Of a stretch of 62,871 nucleotides of DNA, positions 38,389 through 48,648 are shown piece by piece. The notes beneath the pieces are model-generated. The model did not search any database, was not told where the DNA came from, and saw nothing but the letters and a program-made list of their open reading frames with translations. The translations under genes were made by a program, and so were the position numbers. The DNA lies in NCBI GenBank assembly GCA_964463365.1, contig CAYXCV010000002.1, positions 1 through 62,871 of the forward strand, read 5' to 3'. Positions within the stretch are counted from its first letter, which is position 1. Every line of letters starts with the position of its first letter. This DNA comes from an uncultured Kineothrix sp. GTDB lineage: Bacteria; Bacillota; Clostridia; Lachnospirales; Lachnospiraceae.

Positions 38389-39138
38389 TTAAATCTCCTC
38401 CTTCTTAATTTTTAATAATTTTAATTCCGGTTTGGCATAGGTTTCAAGAGCTATCATAACCAGAACGGTTATCAATCCTTCTAAAACAGCAAGTGGCAGC
38501 TGAGTGGGCGCGAAAACTCCCAGAAATTTTAAAGCAGAGGCAATAGTACCTCCCTCTACTGAAGGATAGGCAATGGCCAACTGGATGCTGGTGATGCAAT
38601 AAGTAAAAATATCTCCAAGGCATGCTGCCAGAAATACTGATACCATCTTATTTATCTTTAATTTTTGGCCCAGCTTATAGATTCCAAATGTAAGCAAAGG
38701 ACCCGCAATTGCCATGGAAAAGGTATTTGCTCCAATGGTTGTCAGACCTCCATGAGCCAACAAGATTGCCTGAAACAGCAATACAATGATTCCAAGTATA
38801 CTTACTATTGAAGGACCAAATAGAATAGCACCCAATCCGGTTCCTGTCATATGAGAACAGCTACCGGTAACAGAAGGTATCTTTAATGAGGAAATTACGA
38901 AAATAAAAGCACCTGACATTGCCAGCAAGGTAATATTTTTCCTATCCTCAGTCAATTTTTTGCGGATAGCTAAAAAACCTGCTGCCAAAAACGGGATACA
39001 TAAGATCCCCCATGCAATGCAATATTTCGGAATAAGATAACCTTCCATGATATGCATGGCGTTTGAATTGGGCATAATACTTGTCATTACAGCTACAACT
39101 GCCAGTGCGGCAATTGCTTTTCTTTGTTTCTTTGTCAT
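38389..39138 (-). CDS. cbiM: Cobalt ECF transporter S component CbiM
   Basis: Signal peptide then MHIMEG; KIPSVTGSCSHMTG; LLAHGG. Confidence 0.96.
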   Translation of the reverse strand: MTKKQRKAIAALAVVAVMTSIMPNSNAMHIMEGYLIPKYCIAWGILCIPFLAAGFLAIRKKLTEDRKNITLLAMSGAFIFVISSLKIPSVTGSCSHMTGTGLGAILFGPSIVSILGIIVLLFQAILLAHGGLTTIGANTFSMAIAGPLLTFGIYKLGQKLKINKMVSVFLAACLGDIFTYCITSIQLAIAYPSVEGGTIASALKFLGVFAPTQLPLAVLEGLITVLVMIALETYAKPELKLLKIKKEEI

Positions 39139-39204
39139 TTCTTTTTCTCCTTTTTTATTTTCTATTGTTAAAACCAGACAGCTATATCACTGCCGGCAGT
39201 AACT

Positions 39205-40041
39205 TCATTCGTGTCCATTTATTATGAGACGTTCCATTTCTCTGATTGTCCTGGGATACTCTTTTTGCTCTTTTATGATATTCTTATGTAGAAGCAAATC
39301 ATAAAACCTCATAACAACCGGTTTCTTTAAATGAGCCTTCTGTAATAACATATCTTTTTCGAAGATATCCTGAGGTTTCCCGTCCGCTATCAGTTCTCCT
39401 TCATGAAATATCAGAATACGGTCGGCAAACCTATAAGCAAAATCTACGTCATGGGTAGAAACAAGAATTGTTTTTCCTTCCTCCCAAAGCACTTCCAATA
39501 TGTTTTCTAACATATCTACATGCATCGGATCTAAAGACGCTGTCGGCTCATCAAAAATAATGATTTCAGTTTCCATGGCAATAATATCTGCAATACATAC
39601 CCGTTTCTTTTCCCCACCACTCAAATAATGAGGAGGGCGTTCTTCCAGTTGCTGTAAACCTAACTTATCTATCGCCTCATCCGTTCTCCTCTCCACTTCA
39701 TGCGGTGGAAGCTTCATGTTTAAAGGGCCAAAGGCCACCTCCGCCCTCACTGTGGAAGCAATTAACTGACTGTCCGCGTCCTGAAAGATAATACCCACAT
39801 TTTTTATTAGCTTATTCCGGGTCTTCTTACTTATTTTTTCTTCATAAATATAAATCTCCCCCTCATCCGGTTGTCTGACTCCATTCAGATTAAGAAAGAA
39901 AGTAGACTTTCCCGAACCATTGGCTCCCAGCACTGCTATTTTTTCATTTTTATAGATAGCAATGGAAATATCCTTAAGTGCATGATTCTCTTCCTCATAA
40001 GTAAAAGAAAGATTTTTCACTTCCAGTATTTTATCTTTCAT
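39205..40041 (-). CDS. cbiO: Cobalt ECF transporter ATPase CbiO
   Basis: GANGSGKST, VAFGPLN, LSGGEKKRV. Confidence 0.92.
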   Translation of the reverse strand: MKDKILEVKNLSFTYEEENHALKDISIAIYKNEKIAVLGANGSGKSTFFLNLNGVRQPDEGEIYIYEEKISKKTRNKLIKNVGIIFQDADSQLIASTVRAEVAFGPLNMKLPPHEVERRTDEAIDKLGLQQLEERPPHYLSGGEKKRVCIADIIAMETEIIIFDEPTASLDPMHVDMLENILEVLWEEGKTILVSTHDVDFAYRFADRILIFHEGELIADGKPQDIFEKDMLLQKAHLKKPVVMRFYDLLLHKNIIKEQKEYPRTIREMERLIINGHE

Positions 40042-40845
40042 TCAACCGTTGCTCCTTATTATACAAATAGTTAATACTGCGTATAATGTTCCCCATATGA
40101 TCTGTTTCCCTTGAAGCTTTCTCTGATCCTCATAAAACAGGCAATTTCCTTCATATCCTCTGGACTCCAAAGCATCATAATAATTTCTGGCTTTAACCAT
40201 GGAGATAACAAACATATTTGCCATCTCACTGCCAAAGGTACGAAGAGAAGTCTTTCTATCACTGTAGCCAAGTCTTGACTTTGCAGCTTCCTTTTGTCTG
40301 TTGTTCCCCTCCAGCAGAATAAAAATATATCGGTAAATAAAATGCATCAGCTCAACAATAACTTTCGGCACATGAAGTCTCCTAAATACGTTTATGATTT
40401 CTCCCATAGGAGTAGAAAGTGTCAATAGATATAGACTACTGACTGCTCCCAGCGCCTTTAAAGATACAGTAGCAGCCTGTCTTAAGCTTTCCTTCGTAAT
40501 AAAGAGATAGGTGGAAAAAAATGATAGACTATAGATGCTTTCCTTCCCGCTGCCAACTTGGATTAAAATGGTAATTCCACTCATTAGGATAAATACCATA
40601 GGGATTCGTAAAACCCTAAGGTAATCGTCTGCCCTTATTCTGCCAATCATACAGGATACCCATCCCATAAATAGAATGGTCATAATCGATAAGGGGATAG
40701 AATCTGCTGCAATTACGGTAATAAGGGAACCGACTGCAAAAAATACTTTATAAGTAACATTCCATTCCCTAAGCCCTGACCGATAGGCATATGCATCGAT
40801 GGAAATATGCCTGTGCTGTTTATGGATTCGTTTGTGTTCTCCCAT
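40042..40845 (-). CDS. cbiQ: Cobalt ECF transporter T component CbiQ
   Basis: IDAYAY, IYRYIFIL, KSRLGY, ESRGY. Confidence 0.92.
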   Translation of the reverse strand: MGEHKRIHKQHRHISIDAYAYRSGLREWNVTYKVFFAVGSLITVIAADSIPLSIMTILFMGWVSCMIGRIRADDYLRVLRIPMVFILMSGITILIQVGSGKESIYSLSFFSTYLFITKESLRQAATVSLKALGAVSSLYLLTLSTPMGEIINVFRRLHVPKVIVELMHFIYRYIFILLEGNNRQKEAAKSRLGYSDRKTSLRTFGSEMANMFVISMVKARNYYDALESRGYEGNCLFYEDQRKLQGKQIIWGTLYAVLTICIIRSNG

Positions 40846-42205
40846 AGTCGGATGCCCTTTCTATAAAATAACGTACATAGTTCGGATTGGAGTAATAATA
40901 TAGATGAGGAAATCCCCACCATCTGTCCTTCGTCTTATGAACACATGAAAAGCTCCTGTCTGATACGGGTTTCTTTGCAATACAATCCTGACCGTTATCC
41001 GTACTGTCATAATAATGAAATTCATGACCCTTTATCCGTTCATTGGCGCTCATAAAGGTATTAACTTTTTCTTGAATTTCTATATATCCGAAGCGTACCA
41101 GTTTGCCGGAATGTAAGCATTTCCCTTTGATTACCCCTACCATAGGAAAACGTGCGCTTTCAGTTTCCATTTCTTCATGGAGATACATAAAGCCACCACA
41201 TTCTGCAATCGTTGGCATCCCCTTTTTTATTGCATCTGCAATCTTTGACCTCATCGCAATATTGCTGCTTAAGCCTTCACCATGTAATTCCGGATAACCT
41301 CCTCCCAGAATCATTCCCTGTATCCCTGCCGGCAGTTTGTTATCATGAAGGGGCGAAAACGGTACTATCTCGGCTCCCATTTTCTCAAGCAGTCTAAGGT
41401 TATCTTCATAATAGAAACAAAATGCTTCATCCATAGCTATGCCGATGGGAATCTTTTTTCTTTCCCACAACGGATTATCCGTAATCACTTCTTCTATCGA
41501 TTCATATGTAATATCTGCCGCACTTTTTGTTATCTTTAACAAAAGTGGAATATCTACTGTGGTCCTTATGAGTTTTGCCACTTTTTGAATCCGGTCCTTA
41601 AAATCTTCAATTTCCCCAGGCAACTTAAGCCCCAAGTACCTGCTCTCTAATTTAATTTCCTCTGTATTTGGAACAAACCCCAACACCCGAACAGGTAAAT
41701 TACTCTCTATTTCCGGCTTTAACATTTCATAGAATCCCTTGCTGATTCGATTTAATATAACTCCCTGTACCAGATGGGCTGTATCATAGGAAAGGAATCC
41801 GGCAATCAGCGGTAAAACAGAACGCCCCATACCACGGGCATTGATCACAAGAATAACCGGAACTTTCAGTGTTTTGGCAAGATGATAGGAAGAAGCATCC
41901 TCCTTGATTCCACTCAAACCATCAAACAGTCCCATTACTCCTTCTATCACAGAAATGTCACGATCTTTTGCATCTTCAAGAAACAGTGCTCTGGTCAGCT
42001 TCTCCCCTGTAAAATAAGTATCCAGATTTTTAGAAGGAATGCCCCAAATTTTATTATGATACATAGGGTCTATATAATCCGGTCCGCACTTAAATGCCAT
42101 CGCCTTTTTTTTCATATCCGATAATATCTGTAACAGAGCACAGGTTATCATTGTCTTGCCGCTGCCGCTGCCCGGTGCTGCAATCATAATTCTTGGAATA
42201 TGCAT
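40820..42205 (-). CDS. cbiA: Cobyrinate a,c-diamide synthase
   Basis: GSGSGKT, FKCGPDYIDP, EGVMGLFDG, AECGGFMYL, GHEFHY. Confidence 0.97.
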   Translation of the reverse strand: MHIPRIMIAAPGSGSGKTMITCALLQILSDMKKKAMAFKCGPDYIDPMYHNKIWGIPSKNLDTYFTGEKLTRALFLEDAKDRDISVIEGVMGLFDGLSGIKEDASSYHLAKTLKVPVILVINARGMGRSVLPLIAGFLSYDTAHLVQGVILNRISKGFYEMLKPEIESNLPVRVLGFVPNTEEIKLESRYLGLKLPGEIEDFKDRIQKVAKLIRTTVDIPLLLKITKSAADITYESIEEVITDNPLWERKKIPIGIAMDEAFCFYYEDNLRLLEKMGAEIVPFSPLHDNKLPAGIQGMILGGGYPELHGEGLSSNIAMRSKIADAIKKGMPTIAECGGFMYLHEEMETESARFPMVGVIKGKCLHSGKLVRFGYIEIQEKVNTFMSANERIKGHEFHYYDSTDNGQDCIAKKPVSDRSFSCVHKTKDRWWGFPHLYYYSNPNYVRYFIERASDYGRTQTNP

Positions 42206-42207
42206 GA

Positions 42208-44247
42208 CTACTCTTCCTCTTTTCTTATAAATTCAAAGCTGATAATAAAAATCGGGTTTTCCGCCTGCATCATATGATAACCGCCAGCTTTTTTAGAACG
42301 GCTGATCTGTACCTGAATCACTTCTTCCTGATTCACCGGAAATTCCCCAAGCAGTGTTGTCATACTGCCTATGGATTCCAAAGTCACGGCATTCATTACA
42401 ACTCTCAGAGTCGGATTAATCTGATAAAGGCTCCTTAATATCTCCCTGATATTACCTCCGCTGCCTCCGATAAAAGCATGGGTTGGAATAGGCAGTCCCA
42501 AAAAACCATCCGGTGCCTTCGCTTCTATAATTTCTACATTTTCCACCAAAAACTTTTCACAGTTCCTCCGAGTCAGTTCAGCGGCCTCGTGCTTCGTTTC
42601 GATTGCGTATACTGCCACATGGGGAGACAAACGTGCACATTCTACCGCTATTGATCCGGTTCCACTGCCAATATCGAAAAGTACGGACTCCTTCGTCAGT
42701 TGCAGCTTGCAGATTAAGATATCCCTTACTTCCTCTTTCGTCATAGGTACTTTGCCCCTGATAAAGCATTCATCTCTCAGACCATGAGTAAGCATTCTCC
42801 CTCCCGCCTGTTCATTCTCAATTAGACAGCAGTACAACCCTTCCTTCACAAATTCCCCGCATTGGAAGGGGTTAATATTTATTATTTCTTCCTCCGGATA
42901 GGAAAGTTGATATCCGACTTCTAGGGAAAGATGGGAAAGCTTATGAGTTATAAATAATTCTCCCAGCCTATGGATATCCTTTACTCCAGAAAGAAGCACA
43001 AAGGTTTTACGGTTGTCAGTTACCGTCCTCACAATGTCTGCCTTTCTTCCGTGGATACTGACAACAGCGGCATCCTGGTAGCTGGTTCCGGTTTTGGACG
43101 CCAAGTAGGATAGAGAGGAGATTCCCGAGAAAATCCGAATGTTACAGGATATCTCTCCTTCCTCTTTATATCTTTGTAATGCTTGATACAAGTTTTCTGC
43201 CCCGCTATAAAAACCGGTATCCCCTGAAAATAAAACAGCTATCTTAAGTTCTTTTCTTACTTCCTTAGATAACTCCTTCACCTTAGGCAGAATATCTTTT
43301 GCTTGATAGTAAGGATATTGCTCCTTTTGTAATGTCGTCGCCTCTAATAAGCGTCCGGCACCAAAAATAACCTCAGCTTGCCGGATTGCTTCCTTTGCTT
43401 CTGCTGTCAGAAGTCTTTCATTTCCCATACCTACCCCAATTAGAGAAATCTGGATATTGGGTTTAGGTAACGGAATATCAGCAAGTTCATACAAACTTTT
43501 GAGTGTATCCTGAAAAGAAAGTCCTTTACCCTCTATCTCAGGATTTCCAATGACATATACGGTGGTATTAGTATGATAAGCCGCCTGTACCTTAGAAAAA
43601 AAACCTCCTGCCGCACCGCTTTCCTTTGTAACAAGACTTGTGATATGGAATTGCCGAATCATTGCTTCATTCATTTGCTGAGAAAAAGGTCCCTGCATGG
43701 CAATTATTTGTTTCCCACAAATGCCCTCTTTTTCACAAAGTGTTATACTTTCTTTATCCGGCAATACTCTGACATATAGCCTGTCTTTTAATGCTTCTCC
43801 GGAAAATTCTTTCAGATTTTTACTTCCTGTGGTAAGAAGGATATTTCCCTCTGTCTTGCTTAAGGCTTCTGCGCAGCTCCTGGCATCTGTAAACCATAAA
43901 ACTTTTTCCTGTTTTGTTTTAAATTGGGTATCTCTTTTTAACCTTATATAAGGAACAGTCATTTTTTTAATACTTTTCTTAATGTTAACAGAAACCTCTG
44001 TGGCATAAGGATGGGTGGCATCTACCACAGCGAGATAGTCTTTATCTTGTATAAAAATCTCCATCTGCGCCGCATCCATTCTTCCCTGATGGATGATAAG
44101 ACCCGGCAATTTGTCTACGACCATTTCTCCATACTCTGTTGCCACACATACGGTACATAAGAAACCTGCTTTGCATAAATGCTCTGCCAAACGCCTTCCC
44201 TCTGAAGTTCCTCCGAAAATTAAAATGTGTTTATTTCGATTCATCAA
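42208..44247 (-). CDS. cbiJET: Trifunctional CbiJ-CbiE-CbiT fusion (precorrin-6A reductase, C5- and C15-methyltransferases)
   Basis: FGGTSEG, DATHPYA, TKESG; IGVGMG, SGDTGFYSG; PMTKEEVR, DIGSGTGS, FIGGSGG. Confidence 0.92.
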   Translation of the reverse strand: MMNRNKHILIFGGTSEGRRLAEHLCKAGFLCTVCVATEYGEMVVDKLPGLIIHQGRMDAAQMEIFIQDKDYLAVVDATHPYATEVSVNIKKSIKKMTVPYIRLKRDTQFKTKQEKVLWFTDARSCAEALSKTEGNILLTTGSKNLKEFSGEALKDRLYVRVLPDKESITLCEKEGICGKQIIAMQGPFSQQMNEAMIRQFHITSLVTKESGAAGGFFSKVQAAYHTNTTVYVIGNPEIEGKGLSFQDTLKSLYELADIPLPKPNIQISLIGVGMGNERLLTAEAKEAIRQAEVIFGAGRLLEATTLQKEQYPYYQAKDILPKVKELSKEVRKELKIAVLFSGDTGFYSGAENLYQALQRYKEEGEISCNIRIFSGISSLSYLASKTGTSYQDAAVVSIHGRKADIVRTVTDNRKTFVLLSGVKDIHRLGELFITHKLSHLSLEVGYQLSYPEEEIININPFQCGEFVKEGLYCCLIENEQAGGRMLTHGLRDECFIRGKVPMTKEEVRDILICKLQLTKESVLFDIGSGTGSIAVECARLSPHVAVYAIETKHEAAELTRRNCEKFLVENVEIIEAKAPDGFLGLPIPTHAFIGGSGGNIREILRSLYQINPTLRVVMNAVTLESIGSMTTLLGEFPVNQEEVIQVQISRSKKAGGYHMMQAENPIFIISFEFIRKEEE

Positions 44248-44974
44248 TTATATATCCCCTGTCTGTCACTAATTTCCCGTTTAATATTTTCGTACGGGAA
44301 TTGCCGATAAACACTGTAGTAAACATATTAACTTGCTTTTTAGCTAATTCCTCCAAAGTACAAACTGAAATCTGCGTACCATCACGACCTATGTTTTCAA
44401 CAAATCCGCAAGCACGCTCCTTCTCTGCCTGTTCCATTAAAATATCACATGCTTTATGTAAATAATCTCTTCTTTTCCTACTGGAGGGATTGTAAAGGGC
44501 AATACAAAAATCACCTGTTGCCGCTGCACGCAACCTATTTTCTATGATATCCCAAGGAGTTAGCAAATCACTCAGACTAATGACGCAGTAGTCATGGTTC
44601 AGAGGAGCTCCTAAAGCTGCTGCTCCGCTGTTGGCCGCCGTAATTCCCGGTATTACAGTAAGTTGACAGTCGGGAAATTCTTCTCCAATCTGATACATTA
44701 AGGAAGCCAGACCATATACTCCTGCATCTCCACTACAGATTAGAGCCGGCGTTTTCCCTTTACGTGCCTCTGCAAAGCAGATACGACAGCGCTTTACCTC
44801 TTCCCGCATAGGCGTTTCAATGATTTCTTTCTGCCGAAATCGTTCATTCAACAATCCGGTGTACACAGGATAGCCTATGATTACATCACATTCTTCCAAT
44901 GCCTGAAGTGCTTGCAGGCTCATCATTTCTTCTTTTCCCGGTCCGATTCCAATTATGTATATGTTATGTCTCAT
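44231..44974 (-). CDS. cbiH: Cobalt-precorrin-3B C17-methyltransferase
   Basis: IGIGPG, CSGDAGVYG, GAPLNHDY, SLSDLLTPW, LYNPSS; ATGA overlap. Confidence 0.95.
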   Translation of the reverse strand: MRHNIYIIGIGPGKEEMMSLQALQALEECDVIIGYPVYTGLLNERFRQKEIIETPMREEVKRCRICFAEARKGKTPALICSGDAGVYGLASLMYQIGEEFPDCQLTVIPGITAANSGAAALGAPLNHDYCVISLSDLLTPWDIIENRLRAAATGDFCIALYNPSSRKRRDYLHKACDILMEQAEKERACGFVENIGRDGTQISVCTLEELAKKQVNMFTTVFIGNSRTKILNGKLVTDRGYIIDESK

Positions 44975-46824
44975 GTGAAATCCACACTCCATTTCCGAAT
45001 GGCAGCCGCTATGGTGATTCCGTTCTCTGCCTGTTTTCTTAGTATCAATGTTCCACCCTCGCCGCTTAAAGCCACTGCCGCTCTTTCGCATACGTTGTCT
45101 ACACCTGTTTGGCTTTTCACAAAGGCGGAGCCGGTATAGGTTCCTTCTATTTTATTTAACTCCGCCTCGGAAAACACGCGATATATCAACTTGTATTTTT
45201 CTACAAACTCACACAATCCTTTTTCGTCCTTCTTAATATCAATTGTTCCTATACCCCCCACGGCTTCCATTGGAATCTTAAGTTTTTCTATTTGATTACA
45301 TACTGTCTGTTCAATCTCTTCCAGCCTTTTTCCCCTTTTGCAGCCAATTCCCAATACAATTGCCTTAGGATAAAGCCGCAAGACTGCTTGATACGACTTG
45401 TCTACATATGGGGATACCAAAATAGAAATATCCGGGGTTTCTACCACCCCTTCGCCTATATTCACATATGTTAACTCCTCGGGTATCCTGCCTTGAAAAC
45501 TGCCATCTATGGCAATGGTCACCTTTTCCTTAGCAAGTATGGCAGCGGATATTTGTTTGATTCCATCTCTGTTACAGATGAATAAATGATTTTTTCTTGC
45601 AAATACATCCACTGCAAATTTATGATTGATATCTGTTGCTGTAGTGATAACAGGAATTGCACCTGTTTTCATGGAAATCTTCTCAGCCAATTCGTTGGCT
45701 CCCCCAAAGTGTCCCGATAGAATCGGTATTACATATTGTCCTGCTTCATCCATCACAAGAACCGGAACATCCTTAAGCTTATCCTTGATGCATGCTGCAA
45801 TTGCCCTTACTGCAATCCCACTTGCCCCAATGAATAAAATAGCTGAGTCCTTTTCAAACTGCTGTCTTGTCCAGATTGAAAGGCTTTCCTTACACACCTG
45901 TATATCCTCAGCATCCATATATTTATCAGATTTACAGTAAAGGGTAATGATGAATTCCTGCCCCATTGCTTCCTTTATCTGTTTTGACCATTCCATGCCT
46001 CTGTTTGTAAAACTAATGACATTCATTTCACTTTGGCTTTTCCTGATTAAAATTTTCTTCTCTTCCGAATACTTCCGTTTCCTGAATTCTGTTTCAAAAT
46101 CCGGTGCATACAGTCTGGATACCTGATATGCTTTTGGTGCAATCGCATTTCCTACCAAAACAATGGCTGTCTTATAAATACCGTGTTTATCAGCAGTTTC
46201 ATCCAGTGTGGCAATAGTACAGACTTGTTTCTCTTCTTCTGGCCATGTGGCCTTATATACAATGGCTGCCGGAGTATCACCGGGGTAACCTCCCTCCTGT
46301 AACCGTCTGCTGAGTTCGCCTAGCATTTTGCTGCTTAAATAAATTGCCATGGAAGCCTGATGGACTGCAAAGCTTTGGATGCTTTCTTTTTCCGGTACCG
46401 CTGTTCTACCTTCCATTCTGGTAATCACTAGACTTTGAGAAACACCCGGTAAAGTATACTCCAGATTCAGGGATGCCGCGGCACCAAAGCAAGCACTGAC
46501 TCCGGGACAGCTTTCATATGGAATAGAGAGGGTTTCCAACAGGTCCATCTGCTCTCGCACCGCTCCGTAAATACTTGGATCTCCCGTATGAAGTCGAACT
46601 GTATTTTTCCCTTCTTCTTCTGCCTCTTTCATAATGCTGATTACCTCATCCAAGGTCAATATTGCACTATTATGTATATCAGCCTTTTGATCCGTATACT
46701 TTAGCAGCTCCGGATTTACCAAAGAGCCGGCATATATTATGACATCTGCATGTTCCAACAGCCTCATTCCCCTGACCGTAATTAAATCCACCGCACCGGT
46801 TCCTGCGCCCACAAAATAGACCAT
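44971..46824 (-). CDS. cbiFG: CbiF-CbiG fusion (precorrin-4 C11-methyltransferase and cobalt-precorrin-5A hydrolase)
   Basis: IYAGSLVN, RLHTGDPSIYGA; GIAVRAIA, LSGHFGGANEL, GIGCKRG, VCERAA. Confidence 0.93.
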   Translation of the reverse strand: MVYFVGAGTGAVDLITVRGMRLLEHADVIIYAGSLVNPELLKYTDQKADIHNSAILTLDEVISIMKEAEEEGKNTVRLHTGDPSIYGAVREQMDLLETLSIPYESCPGVSACFGAAASLNLEYTLPGVSQSLVITRMEGRTAVPEKESIQSFAVHQASMAIYLSSKMLGELSRRLQEGGYPGDTPAAIVYKATWPEEEKQVCTIATLDETADKHGIYKTAIVLVGNAIAPKAYQVSRLYAPDFETEFRKRKYSEEKKILIRKSQSEMNVISFTNRGMEWSKQIKEAMGQEFIITLYCKSDKYMDAEDIQVCKESLSIWTRQQFEKDSAILFIGASGIAVRAIAACIKDKLKDVPVLVMDEAGQYVIPILSGHFGGANELAEKISMKTGAIPVITTATDINHKFAVDVFARKNHLFICNRDGIKQISAAILAKEKVTIAIDGSFQGRIPEELTYVNIGEGVVETPDISILVSPYVDKSYQAVLRLYPKAIVLGIGCKRGKRLEEIEQTVCNQIEKLKIPMEAVGGIGTIDIKKDEKGLCEFVEKYKLIYRVFSEAELNKIEGTYTGSAFVKSQTGVDNVCERAAVALSGEGGTLILRKQAENGITIAAAIRKWSVDFT

Positions 46825-46870
46825 TTTTCCCTCGCCTTCTTACCGTATCTAAGTTATTTGTTTTCAGTCT

Positions 46871-48001
46871 TCAAATCGGTTCATATTCCTTGATTTGTTC
46901 CAGCAAATCCTGTGCTCCTTCACTTCTTGCCAATTCACCGAATTCATTGGAGTATATAATGCACTCCATATGGATGTTTCCTTCTGCCCTCTTCCTCAAG
47001 TGAAAGCTGATCTTTTCCATCATTATACGCATTGTTTCTTCCAGCTTTCCGGCTTCCTTTAAAATACGGACAGCTTCCTCCGTTGTCACGCAGTCAAGAA
47101 TCGCATGGGCAGTTTCTGTTGTAATACCTGCACGAATTCCCATGGACATAAGAAGCTCCATGCGGCAATCACCTTCCTTGGAATGGGTGTTCATGATTCC
47201 GCCGGAGAGCTTAATCAGCTTTCCGATATGACCGGTTAGCAAAAGCTTGCAAATTCCCATTTCCGATACCATGTCTATGGTATCTCCGATAAAATTACTG
47301 CATTTTACACTTTGATTTAAATCGTAACCATAAGCACGCTTCATATAATTCATTCCATAGTTACCCGGCGTTACTGCTACGGCTTCATATCCTATAGCAT
47401 ATCTGACACTGAGTTCTGCCTTTATCGTAGCAAGCAAAGCCTGACTGCTCATGGGTTCTACAATTCCGGTAGTCCCCAGAATAGATATACCTCCAGTAAT
47501 TCCAAGTCTTGGATTAAAGGTTTTCTCTGCAAGAGCTTCTCCCTCCGGTACGGAAATTGTAATTATCAGATGCCCTTTAAAATCGGTAAGATTACAAACT
47601 TCCAACACTTCTTTATGAATCATTTCCCGGGGCACATGATTAATCGCTGCTTCTCCCACAGGCTGATCCAACCCGGGCTTTGTGACCCTTCCAACACCAA
47701 GACCGCCTTTAATTTCTATAGCAGGTTGACTTTGGTCTTCCGAAATTGAGGTATTTACCATAAAGACTTCTGCATAAATCAGTGTCCCTGTTGTAATATC
47801 CGGGTCATCTCCGCCATCTTTTCGTACCGCGCAAGAGACCTTTTTCTCTGTCCTTACGACATCCATAATCTCAGGTAAAAACACCGTTCCATTGGGCGTA
47901 TCAATTTGTATGGTTGTTTTTTTCTTTCCGGTTAATAGCATATAAGCAGCCGCCTTCGCAGCAGCAGCCGCACAGCTTCCGGTAGTAAATCCATATCTCA
48001 T
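46871..48001 (-). CDS. cbiD: Cobalt-precorrin-5B C1-methyltransferase
   Basis: RYGFTTGSCAAAA, KDGGDDPD, TFNPRLGITGGISILGTTG. Confidence 0.97.
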   Translation of the reverse strand: MRYGFTTGSCAAAAAKAAAYMLLTGKKKTTIQIDTPNGTVFLPEIMDVVRTEKKVSCAVRKDGGDDPDITTGTLIYAEVFMVNTSISEDQSQPAIEIKGGLGVGRVTKPGLDQPVGEAAINHVPREMIHKEVLEVCNLTDFKGHLIITISVPEGEALAEKTFNPRLGITGGISILGTTGIVEPMSSQALLATIKAELSVRYAIGYEAVAVTPGNYGMNYMKRAYGYDLNQSVKCSNFIGDTIDMVSEMGICKLLLTGHIGKLIKLSGGIMNTHSKEGDCRMELLMSMGIRAGITTETAHAILDCVTTEEAVRILKEAGKLEETMRIMMEKISFHLRKRAEGNIHMECIIYSNEFGELARSEGAQDLLEQIKEYEPI

Positions 48002-48008
48002 GGCTTTC

Positions 48009-48644
48009 TTACACTTCCATTTCATATATAATTGCATTACAGATGGCTGCCGCCACATTACTGCCGCCTTTTCTGCCCTGATTGATGATATGGGGAATCT
48101 CAGTTTTTAAAATCAGCTCCTTGGCCGCCACTACATTGACAAATCCAACGGGGACACCAATAATGAATGCCGGTTTATATTCGCCGCTTCTTATCATTTC
48201 ATACAGTCTTATCAGTGCTGTGGGAGCATTTCCAATGGCAAAGATAAGAGGCTTCTCTATCCGTGAGGCTTCTTCCATACTGACAGAGGCTCTGGTAGCC
48301 TGTTTCTCTTTGGCCAGTTTCGCAATTTTTTCCTCTGCCATAAAGCAATGGACTTTCCCTCCGTAATGGGAAAGACGCTTTTTGTTGATTCCTGCCAGTA
48401 CCATATTGGTATCCGTTACAATATCCGCACCGCTGCGGATTAAATTCTTTGCGATCTTCACCGCATCCTTAGAAAACGTCATCGTATGTGCATATTCAAA
48501 ATCTGCACTCGTATGGATAACTCGTTTGATTATCCCTTTCTGTTCCTCAAGAAGCACTATATTGTTTTGCTTTAATTCTTCCTCTATAATTGAAAAGCTG
48601 CGCTTTTCAATTTCACCCGGAAGTACAAATTCAATATCATTCAT
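48009..48644 (-). CDS. cbiC: Cobalt-precorrin-8 methylmutase
   Basis: IEKRSF, RVIHTSAD, GNAPTAL, PVGFVNV, GRKGGS. Confidence 0.97.
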   Translation of the reverse strand: MNDIEFVLPGEIEKRSFSIIEEELKQNNIVLLEEQKGIIKRVIHTSADFEYAHTMTFSKDAVKIAKNLIRSGADIVTDTNMVLAGINKKRLSHYGGKVHCFMAEEKIAKLAKEKQATRASVSMEEASRIEKPLIFAIGNAPTALIRLYEMIRSGEYKPAFIIGVPVGFVNVVAAKELILKTEIPHIINQGRKGGSNVAAAICNAIIYEMEV

Positions 48645-48648
48645 TGAC

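Noticed and set aside
39189-39200. Palindrome ACTGCCGGCAGT between cbiO and cbiM
   Set aside because: Only 12 bp, no loop or U tail; function cannot be supported
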